Source: a virus
Lineage: Duplodnaviria; Caudoviricetes
Strand: one strand, 5' to 3'
Length of the DNA stretch: 64,000 bases
IMG/VR virus record: IMGVR_UViG_2724679557_000005
Location: 1 to 64,000 of that record
The number at the start of each line of letters is the position of its first letter. Positions within the stretch are counted from its first letter, which is position 1. Below the pieces are notes generated by a model, which was not told the origin of the DNA, made no database searches, and saw nothing but the letters and a program-made list of their open reading frames with translations. Position numbers and translations under genes: made by a program. Of the stretch, positions 31,886 through 43,098 are shown one piece after another.

Positions 31886-33916
31886 ATGAAAAGAATTAAT
31901 ATATTAAATGAAGATACAGCTAATAAAATTGCAGCAGGTGAGGTAGTAGAAAGACCCGCATCAGTAGTAAAGGAATTAGTGGAAAATGCTATAGATGCAA
32001 ATTCTAAGAATATATTAATAGAAATAGAAGAGGGTGGAAGTTCTTTAATAAGAATTATTGATGATGGAGATGGGATTTACAAAGAAGATATAGAGAAAGC
32101 CTTTTTACCTCATGCCACAAGTAAGATAAAAGAGTCTGAAGATATATATAGTATTAACACATTAGGTTTTAGGGGAGAAGCTCTTCCATCTATTGCATCG
32201 GTAGCTAGAGTTAATTTGAAAACAAAACAAGAAACTGAAGAATGTGGATATGAAATTACAATAGAAGGTGGAAAATTTTCAGAAGTTACAGAGTGTGGAG
32301 TTAACAAAGGAACTATAATGGAAGTAAGGGACTTATTTTTCAATGTTCCAGCAAGAAAAAAGTTTCTTAAAACAACATCTAAAGAGTCATCTTTAATTAA
32401 TGATATTATAACTAGAATAGCTTTATCTAACCCTAATATTAGTTTTAAGCTATTTAATAATGGGAAAAAGATTATTCATACATATGGTAATGGCAACATG
32501 AAAGATGTTATAAGAACTATATATGGCAAAAGTATAGTTGAAAATGTATTATATTTTGAAGATACATCTGATATAGCTACTATTTATGGTTATGTTGGAA
32601 AAGAGGATATTGCTAGAGGGTCTAGAAATAATCAAAGTATTTTTGTAAATAGCAGATATATAAAGAATAGAAGTTTAGGAATTGCAGTAGAGCAAGCATT
32701 TAAATCATTTTCTACTGTAAGTAAATTTCCTTTCTTTATATTATTTATAGAAATATATCCTGAATATATAGATGTGAATATTCATCCAACTAAATCAGAA
32801 GTAAAATTCAATGATGAACGTTTCATTTTTAAAAGAATATTTAGTGCTGTTCATACATCTTTAAAAGAAGAAGTTTTTAATACATTTTCAATACCAGAAG
32901 AAGAAAAAGAAGCAACTATTAAAAATTCTAATTTAAATATTGAGGAAATAACCTTTAAAATTGAAGAAGAACAAGAAAAAGTTAAGCTTAATACTAATCA
33001 TTTATCACAAAAGAACATATGTTCTACACTCGGAAATAATAGCATAAATAAGCATATTTATGATGAAAAACACAAAATAGAAACTGATATTCACAATAAT
33101 ATTCCTTTAAATGTTAATATTCCAGTTGATTTAAAATGTGATCATATTAGATTAGAAGAAGATAATAATAGTAATTCTGATAAACAAATAATTAGTGAGA
33201 ATAATGAAGCAAAGTATGAAACATCTTATACATCTAAATCTAATCAGTATGAAAATAGCTGTAAATGTGAAACTGATAATGAAAGTAAACTAAACGTAAT
33301 AAAAACATCAGACTTAGCAAAAGAAAAAATTCCTAAGTTTCCTGCTATAAAAATTATTGGTCAATATAATAAAACATATATATTAGGTGAGTATGCAGGA
33401 ACTCTTTATATGATAGATCAACACGCAGCTCATGAAAAAATAATGTTTGAAAAATATTTAAATGATATAAATTGTGGAGATATAATAATACAGCCACTTA
33501 TGATACCAACAGTAATTGATTTAAGTATGGATGATTATTCGTATTTCGAAGAAAATAAAGATGTATTTAAAGAAGCTGGCTTTACTATTGAAGAATTTGG
33601 TGGCACATCTATATCATTAAAAGAAGTACCTTATTTTCTAGGTAAACTAAAACCTAAGAATTTGTTTTTAGAAATATTAGATAATCTTAAAAATTTAGGA
33701 TCAGGTAAAACTACTGAAGTTAAATATAATGCTATAGCAACTAAAGCATGTAAATCAGCAGTAAAAGGAAATGATTCTTTAGATGAGCTAGAGATGGTTA
33801 AATTAATAGAAGAGTTAAGATATATAGATGATCCCTTCCATTGTCCTCATGGAAGACCAACTATTATTCAATTTACTAGTACAGATATAGATAAAAAGTT
33901 TAGGAGGATTGTTTAA
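31886..33916 (+). CDS. mutL: DNA mismatch repair protein MutL
   Basis: IAAGEVVERP, GFRGEAL, DQHAAHE, CPHGRP. Confidence 0.98.
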   Translation: MKRINILNEDTANKIAAGEVVERPASVVKELVENAIDANSKNILIEIEEGGSSLIRIIDDGDGIYKEDIEKAFLPHATSKIKESEDIYSINTLGFRGEALPSIASVARVNLKTKQETEECGYEITIEGGKFSEVTECGVNKGTIMEVRDLFFNVPARKKFLKTTSKESSLINDIITRIALSNPNISFKLFNNGKKIIHTYGNGNMKDVIRTIYGKSIVENVLYFEDTSDIATIYGYVGKEDIARGSRNNQSIFVNSRYIKNRSLGIAVEQAFKSFSTVSKFPFFILFIEIYPEYIDVNIHPTKSEVKFNDERFIFKRIFSAVHTSLKEEVFNTFSIPEEEKEATIKNSNLNIEEITFKIEEEQEKVKLNTNHLSQKNICSTLGNNSINKHIYDEKHKIETDIHNNIPLNVNIPVDLKCDHIRLEEDNNSNSDKQIISENNEAKYETSYTSKSNQYENSCKCETDNESKLNVIKTSDLAKEKIPKFPAIKIIGQYNKTYILGEYAGTLYMIDQHAAHEKIMFEKYLNDINCGDIIIQPLMIPTVIDLSMDDYSYFEENKDVFKEAGFTIEEFGGTSISLKEVPYFLGKLKPKNLFLEILDNLKNLGSGKTTEVKYNAIATKACKSAVKGNDSLDELEMVKLIEELRYIDDPFHCPHGRPTIIQFTSTDIDKKFRRIV

Positions 33917-33919
33917 ACA

Positions 33920-34849
33920 ATGAAACAAAAGATTTTAGTTCTTGGAGGTCCTACGGCTGTTGGGAAAACGGAACTTTCAATAAAACTTGCTGAAAAATTA
34001 AACGGAGAGATAATATCCGCAGATTCAATGCAAATATACAAGAATATGGATATAGGTTCAGCTAAAGTTACAAAAGAAGAGATGAGAGATATAAATCATC
34101 ATATGATAGACATTGTTTCTCCAGAAGAGGAATTTTCAGTTGCAGATTTTAAAAATATAGGTGAAAAAGCAATAAAAGAAATTATAGCTAAGGAAAAACT
34201 TCCTATGATAGTTGGAGGTACAGGACTTTATATAAATTCTTTAACTTGTAATGTTACCTTTACAGAATCTGAAAAAGATGATGAGTATAGAACTTATCTA
34301 GAATCACTTGCAGAAGCTAATGGTAATAACTATGTTCATGAAATGCTTAAAGAAATAGATGAAATAAGTTATAGAGATATACATCCTAACAATAGAAAAA
34401 GAGTAATAAGGGCCCTTGAAGTTTTTAAAATTTCAGGAAAGCCATTTAGTTCATATAATGTAGGCGATGATTTCTATAAAACAGATTATGATGTATTTTA
34501 TTATGTATTAACTATGGATAGAGAAAAATTATATAATAGGATTAATGAAAGAGTAGATATTATGATTGAAAATGGGCTTATTGATGAGTGCATAGAACTA
34601 AAAAAACTTGGATACACTTCAAGTATGCAGTCTATGCAAGGAATAGGGTATAAAGAGATACTTTATTATTTAGATAAAAAAATATCATTAGATGAAGCTG
34701 TTAATTTGATAAAGCAAGGTTCAAGAAATTATGCTAAAAGACAATTGACTTGGTTTAGAAGAGATCCTAGATGTACTTTTTTAGATAAGGATGTTTTATC
34801 TGATGAGGAAATATTAAGTAAAATTATTGATGACATAACAAATAACTAG
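33920..34849 (+). CDS. miaA: tRNA dimethylallyltransferase
   Basis: [22 protein letters not shown]. Confidence 0.97.
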   Translation: MKQKILVLGGPTAVGKTELSIKLAEKLNGEIISADSMQIYKNMDIGSAKVTKEEMRDINHHMIDIVSPEEEFSVADFKNIGEKAIKEIIAKEKLPMIVGGTGLYINSLTCNVTFTESEKDDEYRTYLESLAEANGNNYVHEMLKEIDEISYRDIHPNNRKRVIRALEVFKISGKPFSSYNVGDDFYKTDYDVFYYVLTMDREKLYNRINERVDIMIENGLIDECIELKKLGYTSSMQSMQGIGYKEILYYLDKKISLDEAVNLIKQGSRNYAKRQLTWFRRDPRCTFLDKDVLSDEEILSKIIDDITNN

Positions 34850-34898
34850 GTTTATAATAGTATAAAGAGAATTAATAAAATGGAGGTAATATGGTTTT

Positions 34899-35132
34899 AT
34901 GAATAAGCAACAAAATAATCTACAAGATATATTTTTAAACAGTGCAAGAAAAAATAAAATACCTGTAACAGTATATCTTTCAACTGGTTTTAAATTAAAT
35001 GGAATTGTAAAGGGCTTTGACAGTTTTACTGTTATTTTAGATTCTGAGGGTAAACAAATGCTTATATATAAACATGCAATAACCACTGTAACTCCAGAGA
35101 AACCAATTTTATTTGTAGATAATGAAAGCTAA
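34899..35132 (+). CDS. hfq: RNA chaperone Hfq
   Basis: NLQD.FLN, YKHAI; follows miaA. Confidence 0.96.
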
Positions 35133-35207
35133 AATAAATAGGCAATTAATTGCCTATTTATTTTTGAGGAAATATATTTATAATACCTAGGAGGAGAATA
35201 GACTGAA

Positions 35208-36497
35208 ATGTTAAAGAAAACAGAAGAATTTCTTATTAATAATTACAATGTTAGTGAGGAAGCATTTAAATTATACAAACAAGCTCTAAAAGAAACAAAA
35301 GATATCTTTGAAGAGTACGATGAAATAAGAGAATTTAATCAACTTAAAGTATTAAAGGCTTTTCAAGAAGAGAGAATAAGTGAATCACATTTTACTAATA
35401 CAACTGGATATGGTCTCGATGATTTTGGAAGAGATACTTTAGATAGAGTTTATGCTAGAATATTTAAAGCAGAATTGGGATTAGTTAGACCAAACTTTGT
35501 AAGTGGAACCCATGCTATCGGTGCTGCTATGATGGGAAATGTAAGACCAGGTGATAAAATACTATGCGTTTCAGGAATGCCTTACGATACACTTTTAGGG
35601 GTATTAGGACTTGCTGATAAAAAAACTAAAGGCTCATTAGATGAATATAATATAAAAACAGATGTTATTGAATTAGATGAGAATGGAAAATTTAAATTTG
35701 CTAAAATTAAAGAAACATTAAAAAATGATAAATCTATAAAGCTAATACATATACAAAGAAGCACAGGATATGCTTCTAGAAAATCTTTCTTAGTTTCAGA
35801 AATTGAAGAAGTAATAAAATGCATAAAGGAAGTAAGAGAAGATGTTGTAATATTTGTAGATAACTGTTATGGAGAATTTATAGAAGATATTGAACCAACA
35901 GAAGTTGGAGCAGATCTTATGGCAGGATCTCTTATGAAAAATATAGGTGGAGGTATTGCTCCAGGTGGTGGATACATAGTTGGTAAAAAAGAATATGTTG
36001 AACAAGCATCTTATAGATTTACTGTTCCTGGAATAGGAGGAGAGTATGGTGCAACTTATGGACTTATGAGAAGTTTATATCAAGGATTATTTTCAGCACC
36101 ACACGTTTCTATGGAAGCTGTAAAAACAGCAATATTCTGTGCTAAAGCAATGGAGCTTGCTGGATTTAAGGGATTCCCATCATCTACTGATAAAAGAACT
36201 GATATAATACAAGCTATAGAATTTGGTGATCCTAAAAAGTTAATTCAATTTTGTAACGGAATTCAAGCAGCTTCACCAATTGATGCATTTGCAGTATGTG
36301 AACCATGGGCTATGCCAGGCTATGATAGTGAAATAATAATGGCAGCTGGTGCATTTATATCTGGTTCAACAATAGAATTATCTGCAGATGGTCCAATAAG
36401 GGAACCTTATATAGCTTATATGCAAGGTGGTTTGAATTTTGATCATGGCAAAATCGGAATTTTAATAGGACTAAGTAAAGTACTTGAAGTAAAATAA
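35208..36497 (+). CDS. Methionine gamma-lyase-like/aluminium resistance (YnbB) family PLP protein
   Basis: FVSGTHA, DNCYGEF, GSLMKNIGGG. Confidence 0.88.
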   Translation: MLKKTEEFLINNYNVSEEAFKLYKQALKETKDIFEEYDEIREFNQLKVLKAFQEERISESHFTNTTGYGLDDFGRDTLDRVYARIFKAELGLVRPNFVSGTHAIGAAMMGNVRPGDKILCVSGMPYDTLLGVLGLADKKTKGSLDEYNIKTDVIELDENGKFKFAKIKETLKNDKSIKLIHIQRSTGYASRKSFLVSEIEEVIKCIKEVREDVVIFVDNCYGEFIEDIEPTEVGADLMAGSLMKNIGGGIAPGGGYIVGKKEYVEQASYRFTVPGIGGEYGATYGLMRSLYQGLFSAPHVSMEAVKTAIFCAKAMELAGFKGFPSSTDKRTDIIQAIEFGDPKKLIQFCNGIQAASPIDAFAVCEPWAMPGYDSEIIMAAGAFISGSTIELSADGPIREPYIAYMQGGLNFDHGKIGILIGLSKVLEVK

Positions 36498-36535
36498 CTA
36501 AAAATTTTATTAATTTAATTAGTACTGAACATAAA

Positions 36536-36657
36536 AAAGCTGAAATACTAAATTATAACTTAGTATTTCAGCTAATAAACGTTTCACCACTAATTAAAGT
36601 ATAAGAATTAATTCAATCCACTAATTTTAATAAAGACTAAATTAGTGGATTGAATTT
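36536..36657. terminator. Two hairpins, bidirectional terminators between ynbB-like gene and lexA
   Basis: AGCTGAAATACTAA..TTAGTATTTCAGCT and AATTCAATCCACTAATTT..AAATTAGTGGATTGAATT. Confidence 0.7.
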
Positions 36658-36668
36658 AATCGATTAAG

Positions 36669-37274
36669 TTAGTAAGATCTAAATATTCCAACTAATTTGC
36701 CTAAAACAGAACAATTATCAACAATTATTGGATTCATAGAATCATTTTCAGGTTGTAATCTTATATGATCTTTTTCTTTAAAAAATCGTTTAATTGTTGC
36801 TTCTTCATCTATTAATGCAACAACAATATCTCCGTTCAATGCAGTTTGACAACTTTCAATAATTGCTAAATCATTATCTCTTATTCCTGCATTAACCATA
36901 CTTTCACCAGACACTCTTAACATAAATAATTCATTATCGTGTTTTATATAATCAAGAGGTATAGGAAATGAATCTTCTATATTTTCAGTTGCTAATATAG
37001 GTAACCCTGCTGTAATTTTACCAACTATAGGTATGTTTATCATTTCTTTTTTATCTCTATTATTTTTAACTATTTCTAATGCTCTTGGTTTCGTTGGATC
37101 TCTTCTGATTAACCCTTTTTTCTCCAATCGTTTCAAGTGACCATGTACAGTAGAGGTAGATCTTAATGAAACAGCTTCACATATTTCTCTTACTGAAGGT
37201 GGATATCCCTTATTTTCTATATATAATTTTAAAAATTCATAAATCTCTGTTTGTCTGTCTTTGCTCTCTATCAT
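36669..37274 (-). CDS. lexA: SOS repressor LexA
   Basis: [11 protein letters not shown] cleavage site, GESM, ATIKRF. Confidence 0.97.
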   Translation of the reverse strand: MIESKDRQTEIYEFLKLYIENKGYPPSVREICEAVSLRSTSTVHGHLKRLEKKGLIRRDPTKPRALEIVKNNRDKKEMINIPIVGKITAGLPILATENIEDSFPIPLDYIKHDNELFMLRVSGESMVNAGIRDNDLAIIESCQTALNGDIVVALIDEEATIKRFFKEKDHIRLQPENDSMNPIIVDNCSVLGKLVGIFRSY

Positions 37275-37329
37275 TGATATTACACCTCTCTATCTTAGTG
37301 TTATTATAACATAGCTTTTATAATATAAC

Positions 37330-37341
37330 AAACTTATGTTC
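37330..37341. promoter_or_regulatory. LexA (Cheo) box upstream of lexA
   Basis: AAAC-TTAT-GTTC matches GAAC-N4-GTTC with one mismatch. Confidence 0.75.
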
Positions 37342-37449
37342 TGTATGTCTAAAATTAAAGTTTAAATTTTAGATTTCATTTGATTTAAATTTATTGTTTT
37401 GATATAATATAATGACGATTTCATAATAGAAATGAAGGTGGTTATAATA

Positions 37450-37881
37450 ATGAAAAATAAATATACTGATGATGATTATTGCGATATATATGAAAATAAA
37501 ATTTGTGATAATTGTGGTAAATGTTTAGAAATAGATGGAGTAGACATTAAAGCTATAAAAATAGAAGAAATTGCAAAAAATAAAGAGGAAAACAAAATGT
37601 TGGAAGAAGAATTCCTGAGTAATTTAAAATCATCTCTTAACGAAGAGCAAATAGAAGAATTAGAGGAAAATAATTTAAACTTAAAAGATGCGTATTCTAA
37701 ATTTATTGAATCTAATGGATTAAATTCTTCTGAATTTTCTATTTCAAAAGAAGAAGAATATGAAGATGCATTTGATCATATTGAATATTTAGATGATAAT
37801 GAATTGTTTGATGATGAAAATATAGAAGATGTTACTGAAGAAGTATATCCAGGTGTAAGAAAATTCAAAAACAAAGCATAA
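37450..37881 (+). CDS. Acidic hypothetical protein with N-terminal Cys cluster
   Basis: C-x7-CDNCGKC; very D/E-rich. Confidence 0.7.
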   Translation: MKNKYTDDDYCDIYENKICDNCGKCLEIDGVDIKAIKIEEIAKNKEENKMLEEEFLSNLKSSLNEEQIEELEENNLNLKDAYSKFIESNGLNSSEFSISKEEEYEDAFDHIEYLDDNELFDDENIEDVTEEVYPGVRKFKNKA

Positions 37882-37950
37882 AAATGTATATATATCCTTT
37901 TTTAACACAAACTATTATTGAAATAGTTGTGGAAAAGAGGTGTAACTTTT

Positions 37951-38442
37951 ATGAAAAAGAAATCAATTTTAGCATTAGCATTAATGACTGTAATGTCTAC
38001 ATCGATTTTTATGATTGGATGTAGTAGCACAAATACTGGAGCCACAAGCAATAGTATTAACCATGCTTCAAGCAAAATAAATCAAGGAATTAATGAAGTT
38101 GGTCAAGAATTTCATTTTGATACAGCTAAATTTGTAGACAATATGAAGGGTTCAGGATATGATATTACTAATTACTCAGTTGAAGAAAATTTACCTGGAT
38201 CAGCTGTTGCAACTTCATACAGCCTTGGTAACGATAAAGTATATATTTATCAATACAACACACGTAATGATTTGTATGAAGACATCATGACACTTTCTGA
38301 ATTGAGTAAACTTGGAATAAGCGATGAATTTTCTAATGTATCTCATTATTATAAACAAGGAAAATTGCTTATAAGATATGAAGGTAGTAATTCTGAAAAT
38401 TTAAGTCACTTTGATAAGTCATTTGGTAATTTGTTCGTTTAA
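37951..38442 (+). CDS. Lipoprotein, probably forespore-expressed
   Basis: Lipobox IGC; GTATA-N15-CACAAACTA at 37886-37914. Confidence 0.75.
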   Translation: MKKKSILALALMTVMSTSIFMIGCSSTNTGATSNSINHASSKINQGINEVGQEFHFDTAKFVDNMKGSGYDITNYSVEENLPGSAVATSYSLGNDKVYIYQYNTRNDLYEDIMTLSELSKLGISDEFSNVSHYYKQGKLLIRYEGSNSENLSHFDKSFGNLFV

Positions 38443-38624
38443 TTTTTTTCGGATGAAATAGCTTTTTATTATAAGTTATTTCATCTTTTTTATTTACTCA
38501 TTTTAATTTACATAATGTTGATTATGTATTAAAGTCAGTTCTAGTTTTTAAGGAATATGAATATATTGAGTTTTTTTTGGCAAACTAAATTAGAAATATT
38601 AATTAGAAATGAGGTGTAAGATTT

Positions 38625-39155
38625 ATGAAAAGAAAATCAATTTTAGCCTTACTAATGGCTACGTTGATATCATGTTCAATGTTTATAGGCTGTGGATCTA
38701 ATACTTCTAATGAAGCTAAAACAGATATGAAGCAAGCTGGGGAAAATGTCAAGGAAGATGTTAAGGATTTAGGTAATAATGTTAAAGATGCAACAAAAGA
38801 CGTTGGAGAAACTATAAAATATACAGCGATAAATTTTAAAGATGATGTAGTAAATGCTGGTCATGAACTTAAAGATGCAGTAGATGGAAGCAAAAAGGAT
38901 TATTTTAAAGGAACAGAGACTGATTATATGGTTGAAAATGATTATGTTAGAGTTTATGAATATGATGATTCCAATAAACTTAATGAGGATATAAAAAGAA
39001 TATCTACTGATGGGATGACCGTAGAAGGAGCGAACGTAGACTATACTGCTAAACCTTATTATTATAAAAAGGGGAATACTTTAATTGTATATGAAGGAAA
39101 TAATCCTACATATGTTAATCAATTTAAAGAAACGTTAGGCGAACCTATAAGATAA
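38625..39155 (+). CDS. Lipoprotein paralogue, probably forespore-expressed
   Basis: Lipobox IGC; shared YYK.G..L..YEG; GAATA-N15-GGCAAACTA at 38559-38587. Confidence 0.75.
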   Translation: MKRKSILALLMATLISCSMFIGCGSNTSNEAKTDMKQAGENVKEDVKDLGNNVKDATKDVGETIKYTAINFKDDVVNAGHELKDAVDGSKKDYFKGTETDYMVENDYVRVYEYDDSNKLNEDIKRISTDGMTVEGANVDYTAKPYYYKKGNTLIVYEGNNPTYVNQFKETLGEPIR

Positions 39156-39268
39156 TAAATATTGATTACAGTATAAATATTATGTAAAGTAATTTATTGA
39201 TAATAAAAAATCTCTATTATGAATGTTAAATTTATAATAGAGATTTTTTATAAATAGGAGAGTATACA

Positions 39269-40258
39269 TTATAATTTTGATAATGGATTTGATTTTACAG
39301 CATCTCTTAATGTATCATTATCTACATGAGTATAAATTTGAGTTGTAGAAATGTTTTCATGACCTAATATATTTTGTAAGCTTCTTATATCTACATCTCC
39401 ATACTTGTACATAAGTGTAGCAGCAGTATGTCTTAATTTATGAGGAGTATATTTCGCATCCGTTAAACCTGCATTTTTCACATGTTTCTTTATCATTATT
39501 TCAACTGTCCTTTGATTAATAGGTTTATTATGAGAAGATAAAAATAGAAATTTTTTATATTCTGGCAAAGCCTTTGAATCATCTCTAATTCTCATATAAT
39601 TCTCGATTGATTTTAAACAAGCTTCATTTAAATAAACAGTACGTTCCTTATTACCTTTACCTATGATTGCTAATATATCATTTCTGATTTTCTCGATAGA
39701 TATACCACATAATTCAGATAAACGCATTCCACAGTTCAAAAAAAGTGTTAATATACAATAATCTCTAGCATAATTTTTATTATTTTTATCTAATGAAGAT
39801 AATAAGTGTATACTCTGATCTAATGTTAAATATACAGGCTGTCTTTTATTTATTTTAGGGGATTCTAATTCGGTTGTAGGGTTGTCCACAATTATTTTAG
39901 CTTTACCTTGCAAAAATTTAAAATATGATTTTAATGTTGCAACTTTTCTAGCTCTAGCATAAGCGCTATTATTTCTATATTTTTCAATAAAAGACATGAA
40001 AGCATAAAGATCTCTTAATTGTATTGATTTTAAAAATTCATCATCTATATCTGTAATATCGATATCTTCAAACTCTATTTTTTTATCTTTAACAATTCCT
40101 CTATATAGTTTCATAAATCTGAAAAAAATTGTTAAATCCTTTTTGTAAGCAGCAATTGTATTACTAGATTTATTTTTAATTGTTTCTAAGTAATTTAAAA
40201 AATCTATTACAGAATCGGGGAGATCTTTATTTTTAAAAAATTCAATATCATAATTCAT
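39269..40258 (-). CDS. xerC: Xer-family tyrosine recombinase
   Basis: GMRLSEL, GKGNKER, HKLRHT, LGHE, TTQIYTH. Confidence 0.9.
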   Translation of the reverse strand: MNYDIEFFKNKDLPDSVIDFLNYLETIKNKSSNTIAAYKKDLTIFFRFMKLYRGIVKDKKIEFEDIDITDIDDEFLKSIQLRDLYAFMSFIEKYRNNSAYARARKVATLKSYFKFLQGKAKIIVDNPTTELESPKINKRQPVYLTLDQSIHLLSSLDKNNKNYARDYCILTLFLNCGMRLSELCGISIEKIRNDILAIIGKGNKERTVYLNEACLKSIENYMRIRDDSKALPEYKKFLFLSSHNKPINQRTVEIMIKKHVKNAGLTDAKYTPHKLRHTAATLMYKYGDVDIRSLQNILGHENISTTQIYTHVDNDTLRDAVKSNPLSKL

Positions 40259-40343
40259 TTATTTATCACCATCATTTACTATAATTTAAATCTATTCTTA
40301 TAAGATTTAAATATATTATACCAATAAATGAATTTTTAATCAA

Positions 40344-40375
40344 TTATTTCGGGAAATGTATATTTCCCGAAATAA
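40344..40375. other. Putative dif site (difSL-like palindrome) abutting the xer -35 box
   Basis: TTATTTCGGGAAAT-GTAT-ATTTCCCGAAATAA at the gene-orientation switch. Confidence 0.65.
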
Positions 40376-40928
40376 AATTAAACGATTTTTAGTGTAAATT
40401 TTGATTTTTTTCTAAATTTAAACCTTGGTTTTAATTTCTCTCTTATTAATTTTAAATTATAATTTATATTTTTTATTTTTAACAACCTGTTTAACTTAAA
40501 TTATTGCCGATAAACCAAATTCTAAACATTTAATTTGTTTACAAAATCCAACTTCTTTTAACCTCAAATGATAATTATTATTTACAAACAAACTCATTCC
40601 TCTAGTTGTAAAATTATTACTTTTTTCTAATTATAATTTTAATAAAAACGTAAATTTTACATATATTATAGTAATTAATTTGTATGAAAATTTAAATTTG
40701 AATTCCTGTTCAATCTAGCATTTCTACTTTTTAATAATTTTCAAATTTAATTTTCAAAATAGATGTTGGATGAAAATTTGGACAAAAATTGTAGATAAAT
40801 ATATAATTAATATGTATTTATCTACAATTTTTCACATGAAATTAAAAAGTAGATGAATTTTAAAATCATTACACTTATCTATAGATTTTTTTCAATAATA
40901 TTTTATTTATATAACAGGAGGAAAAATT

Positions 40929-41408
40929 ATGGCAAAAGAAAGTAAGACTAATGCTATGAGAATTTTAGACAGCAGCAAAATAGAATATACCACTTATAAC
41001 TATCAAAATAAAGATGGAAAAATAGATGGCGTAGCTGTTGCAAATAAAATAAATAAGAATGAAAATGAAGTTTTTAAAACTTTGATTACTCAGGGACACT
41101 CTAAAGAATTTTATGTATATGTTGTTCCAGTTGCACAAGAATTAGACATGAAAAAAGCTGCAAAAGCTGCATCTGAAAAAAGTATTGAAATGATTCACAT
41201 TAAAGACATTAATAAAATAACAGGATATATAAGAGGTGGATGCTCTCCTATCGGAATGAAGAAAACATTTAAAACTTTTTTTCATAACACTGCTTTGAAT
41301 TGTGAAACAATAGTATTTAGTGGCGGTAAAATCGGATCTCAAATCGAAATGAACCCAAGGCAATTAGAAAATATACTAGATTGTATTTTTGTAGATATAA
41401 TCAAATAG
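40929..41408 (+). CDS. ybaK: Cys-tRNA(Pro) deacylase YbaK/EbsC
   Basis: KTNAMRIL, FKTL, GYIRGGCSPIG. Confidence 0.92.
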   Translation: MAKESKTNAMRILDSSKIEYTTYNYQNKDGKIDGVAVANKINKNENEVFKTLITQGHSKEFYVYVVPVAQELDMKKAAKAASEKSIEMIHIKDINKITGYIRGGCSPIGMKKTFKTFFHNTALNCETIVFSGGKIGSQIEMNPRQLENILDCIFVDIIK

Positions 41409-41499
41409 ATTATATTAGTAGATGATAAATAATTCAATTATATTTTGATAATTATCTATATTTAATGCTATTTATATTTATTTAGTGTAAACAAACTTA

Positions 41500-41559
41500 G
41501 AAGGTGCCATTTTTGCGTGTATAGAACATATGTTCTGCACGCGAAAAAATGGCACTTTC
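41500..41559. repeat. 60-bp GC-rich imperfect palindrome centred on a perfect LexA box
   Basis: GAAGGTGCCATTTTTGCGTG...GAACATATGTTC...CACGCGAAAAAATGGCACTTTC. Confidence 0.7.
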
Positions 41560-41730
41560 ATAAAAATATTAATATCAAAATATATTTTTATATCTCTATA
41601 TTTTAATCTCTTGTAGAAAACCCCTACTAAGCATCAAATACTTTGTAGGGGTTTTTATTATATAGTCCAAATAATAAACTGTATTAAGATTATTATTTAT
41701 TAATCCCAATACAGTTTGTCTAATAATACC

Positions 41731-43098
41731 CTACTGCTCTACAACTTCTCCTACTAAAGAAAATGATTTAGCTTCAATTATTTTAACTTTAACAAGTTTT
41801 CCTATCATTTCTTTACAACCATCAAAGTTTACAAGCTTAGCATTTCTTGTTCTACCAGTTAATTTGTTTTCATTATTCTTACTAGTTCCCTCAACTAAAA
41901 CTTCATATATTTTTCCTTCAGCAGCTTTATTTCCAACAACAATACCTTCATTAACAGCAGCTACAAGTCTATTAAATCTATCATGTTTAACATCATCTGG
42001 AATTTGATCTTCCATTTTATCTGCGGGTGTGTGATTTCTTCTTGAATATATGAAAGTAAATGCTGCATCATATCTAACTTCTTTTACTAAGTTAATTGTT
42101 TCCTCAAAATCTTCTTCAGTTTCACCTGGGAATCCAACTATTATATCTGTTGAGAATGTTACATCTGGGATTTCTTCTCTTATTTTTTTAGCTAATTCTA
42201 AATATTGTTCTTTATTATAATGTCTATTCATTTTTTGCAATATTTCATTACTACCACTTTGTACAGGTAAATGTATTTGTTCACAAAGCTTATCGCAATC
42301 TCTTATAGCATAAACCACATCTAAAGTTAAATCTTTAGGATGAGATGTCATAAATCTTAATCTTTCAAGTCCATCTATTTCATTAATTCTTCTTAAAAGT
42401 TGTGCAAAAGTAATTTCTTCTTCAAGACCTTTACCATAAGAATTTACGTTTTGTCCAAGTAAAGTAATTTCTTTATATCCATTAGAAACCAATTCTTTTA
42501 TTTCATTTTCTATATCTTCTGGTCTTCTACTTCTTTCTCTCCCTCTAACATAAGGAACTACACAATATGTACAAAAATTATTGCATCCATACATTATAGT
42601 AACAAAAGCTTTTACATTGCTTTTTCTGTCTATTGGAACACCTTCTACAATTTCAGTTTCTTTATCAAAAATCTCTTTAACTTGAACGCCTTCAACTTGA
42701 ACTCTATGCAAATATTCTGGGAACTTGTATGCATTATGAGTTCCAAATATTATGTCAACGTAAGGGAATCTACTTAAAATTTCATCTGCCATCCCCTTTT
42801 GTTGCATCATACAACCACATAGAGCTATTATTAAATTAGGATTCTTCTCTTTTTGATTTTTTAATCTTCCAAGATTTCCAAAAACCTTATTTTCAGCATT
42901 TTCTCTTACACAACATGTATTGAAAATTACAATTGAAGCTTCATCTCTATTTTCTGTTTCTTCATAGCCTTGCGACTTAAGCATTCCTGAAAGCTTCTCA
43001 GAATCTTCTTCATTCATTTGACAACCAAAGGTAGAAATAAAGAAGAATTCTTTTTTATCTATTTTATTTTCTTTTAAAGCGTCTATATCAAAATTCAT
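41731..43098 (-). CDS. miaB: tRNA methylthiotransferase MiaB
   Basis: [32 protein letters not shown] domain. Confidence 0.96.
   Translation of the reverse strand: MNFDIDALKENKIDKKEFFFISTFGCQMNEEDSEKLSGMLKSQGYEETENRDEASIVIFNTCCVRENAENKVFGNLGRLKNQKEKNPNLIIALCGCMMQQKGMADEILSRFPYVDIIFGTHNAYKFPEYLHRVQVEGVQVKEIFDKETEIVEGVPIDRKSNVKAFVTIMYGCNNFCTYCVVPYVRGRERSRRPEDIENEIKELVSNGYKEITLLGQNVNSYGKGLEEEITFAQLLRRINEIDGLERLRFMTSHPKDLTLDVVYAIRDCDKLCEQIHLPVQSGSNEILQKMNRHYNKEQYLELAKKIREEIPDVTFSTDIIVGFPGETEEDFEETINLVKEVRYDAAFTFIYSRRNHTPADKMEDQIPDDVKHDRFNRLVAAVNEGIVVGNKAAEGKIYEVLVEGTSKNNENKLTGRTRNAKLVNFDGCKEMIGKLVKVKIIEAKSFSLVGEVVEQ

Noticed and set aside
24695-36005. Numerous short antisense ORFs within core genes
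   Set aside because: Shadow frames of well-supported genes.
39269-40258. Tyrosine recombinase as a prophage integrase
   Set aside because: Sits among core genes, Xer-like, separated from prophage 2 by ybaK and miaB.
40720-40855. TTTCTAC...GTAGAT resembling a Cas12a repeat
   Set aside because: No repeat-spacer periodicity and no cas genes; no CRISPR array seen in the window.
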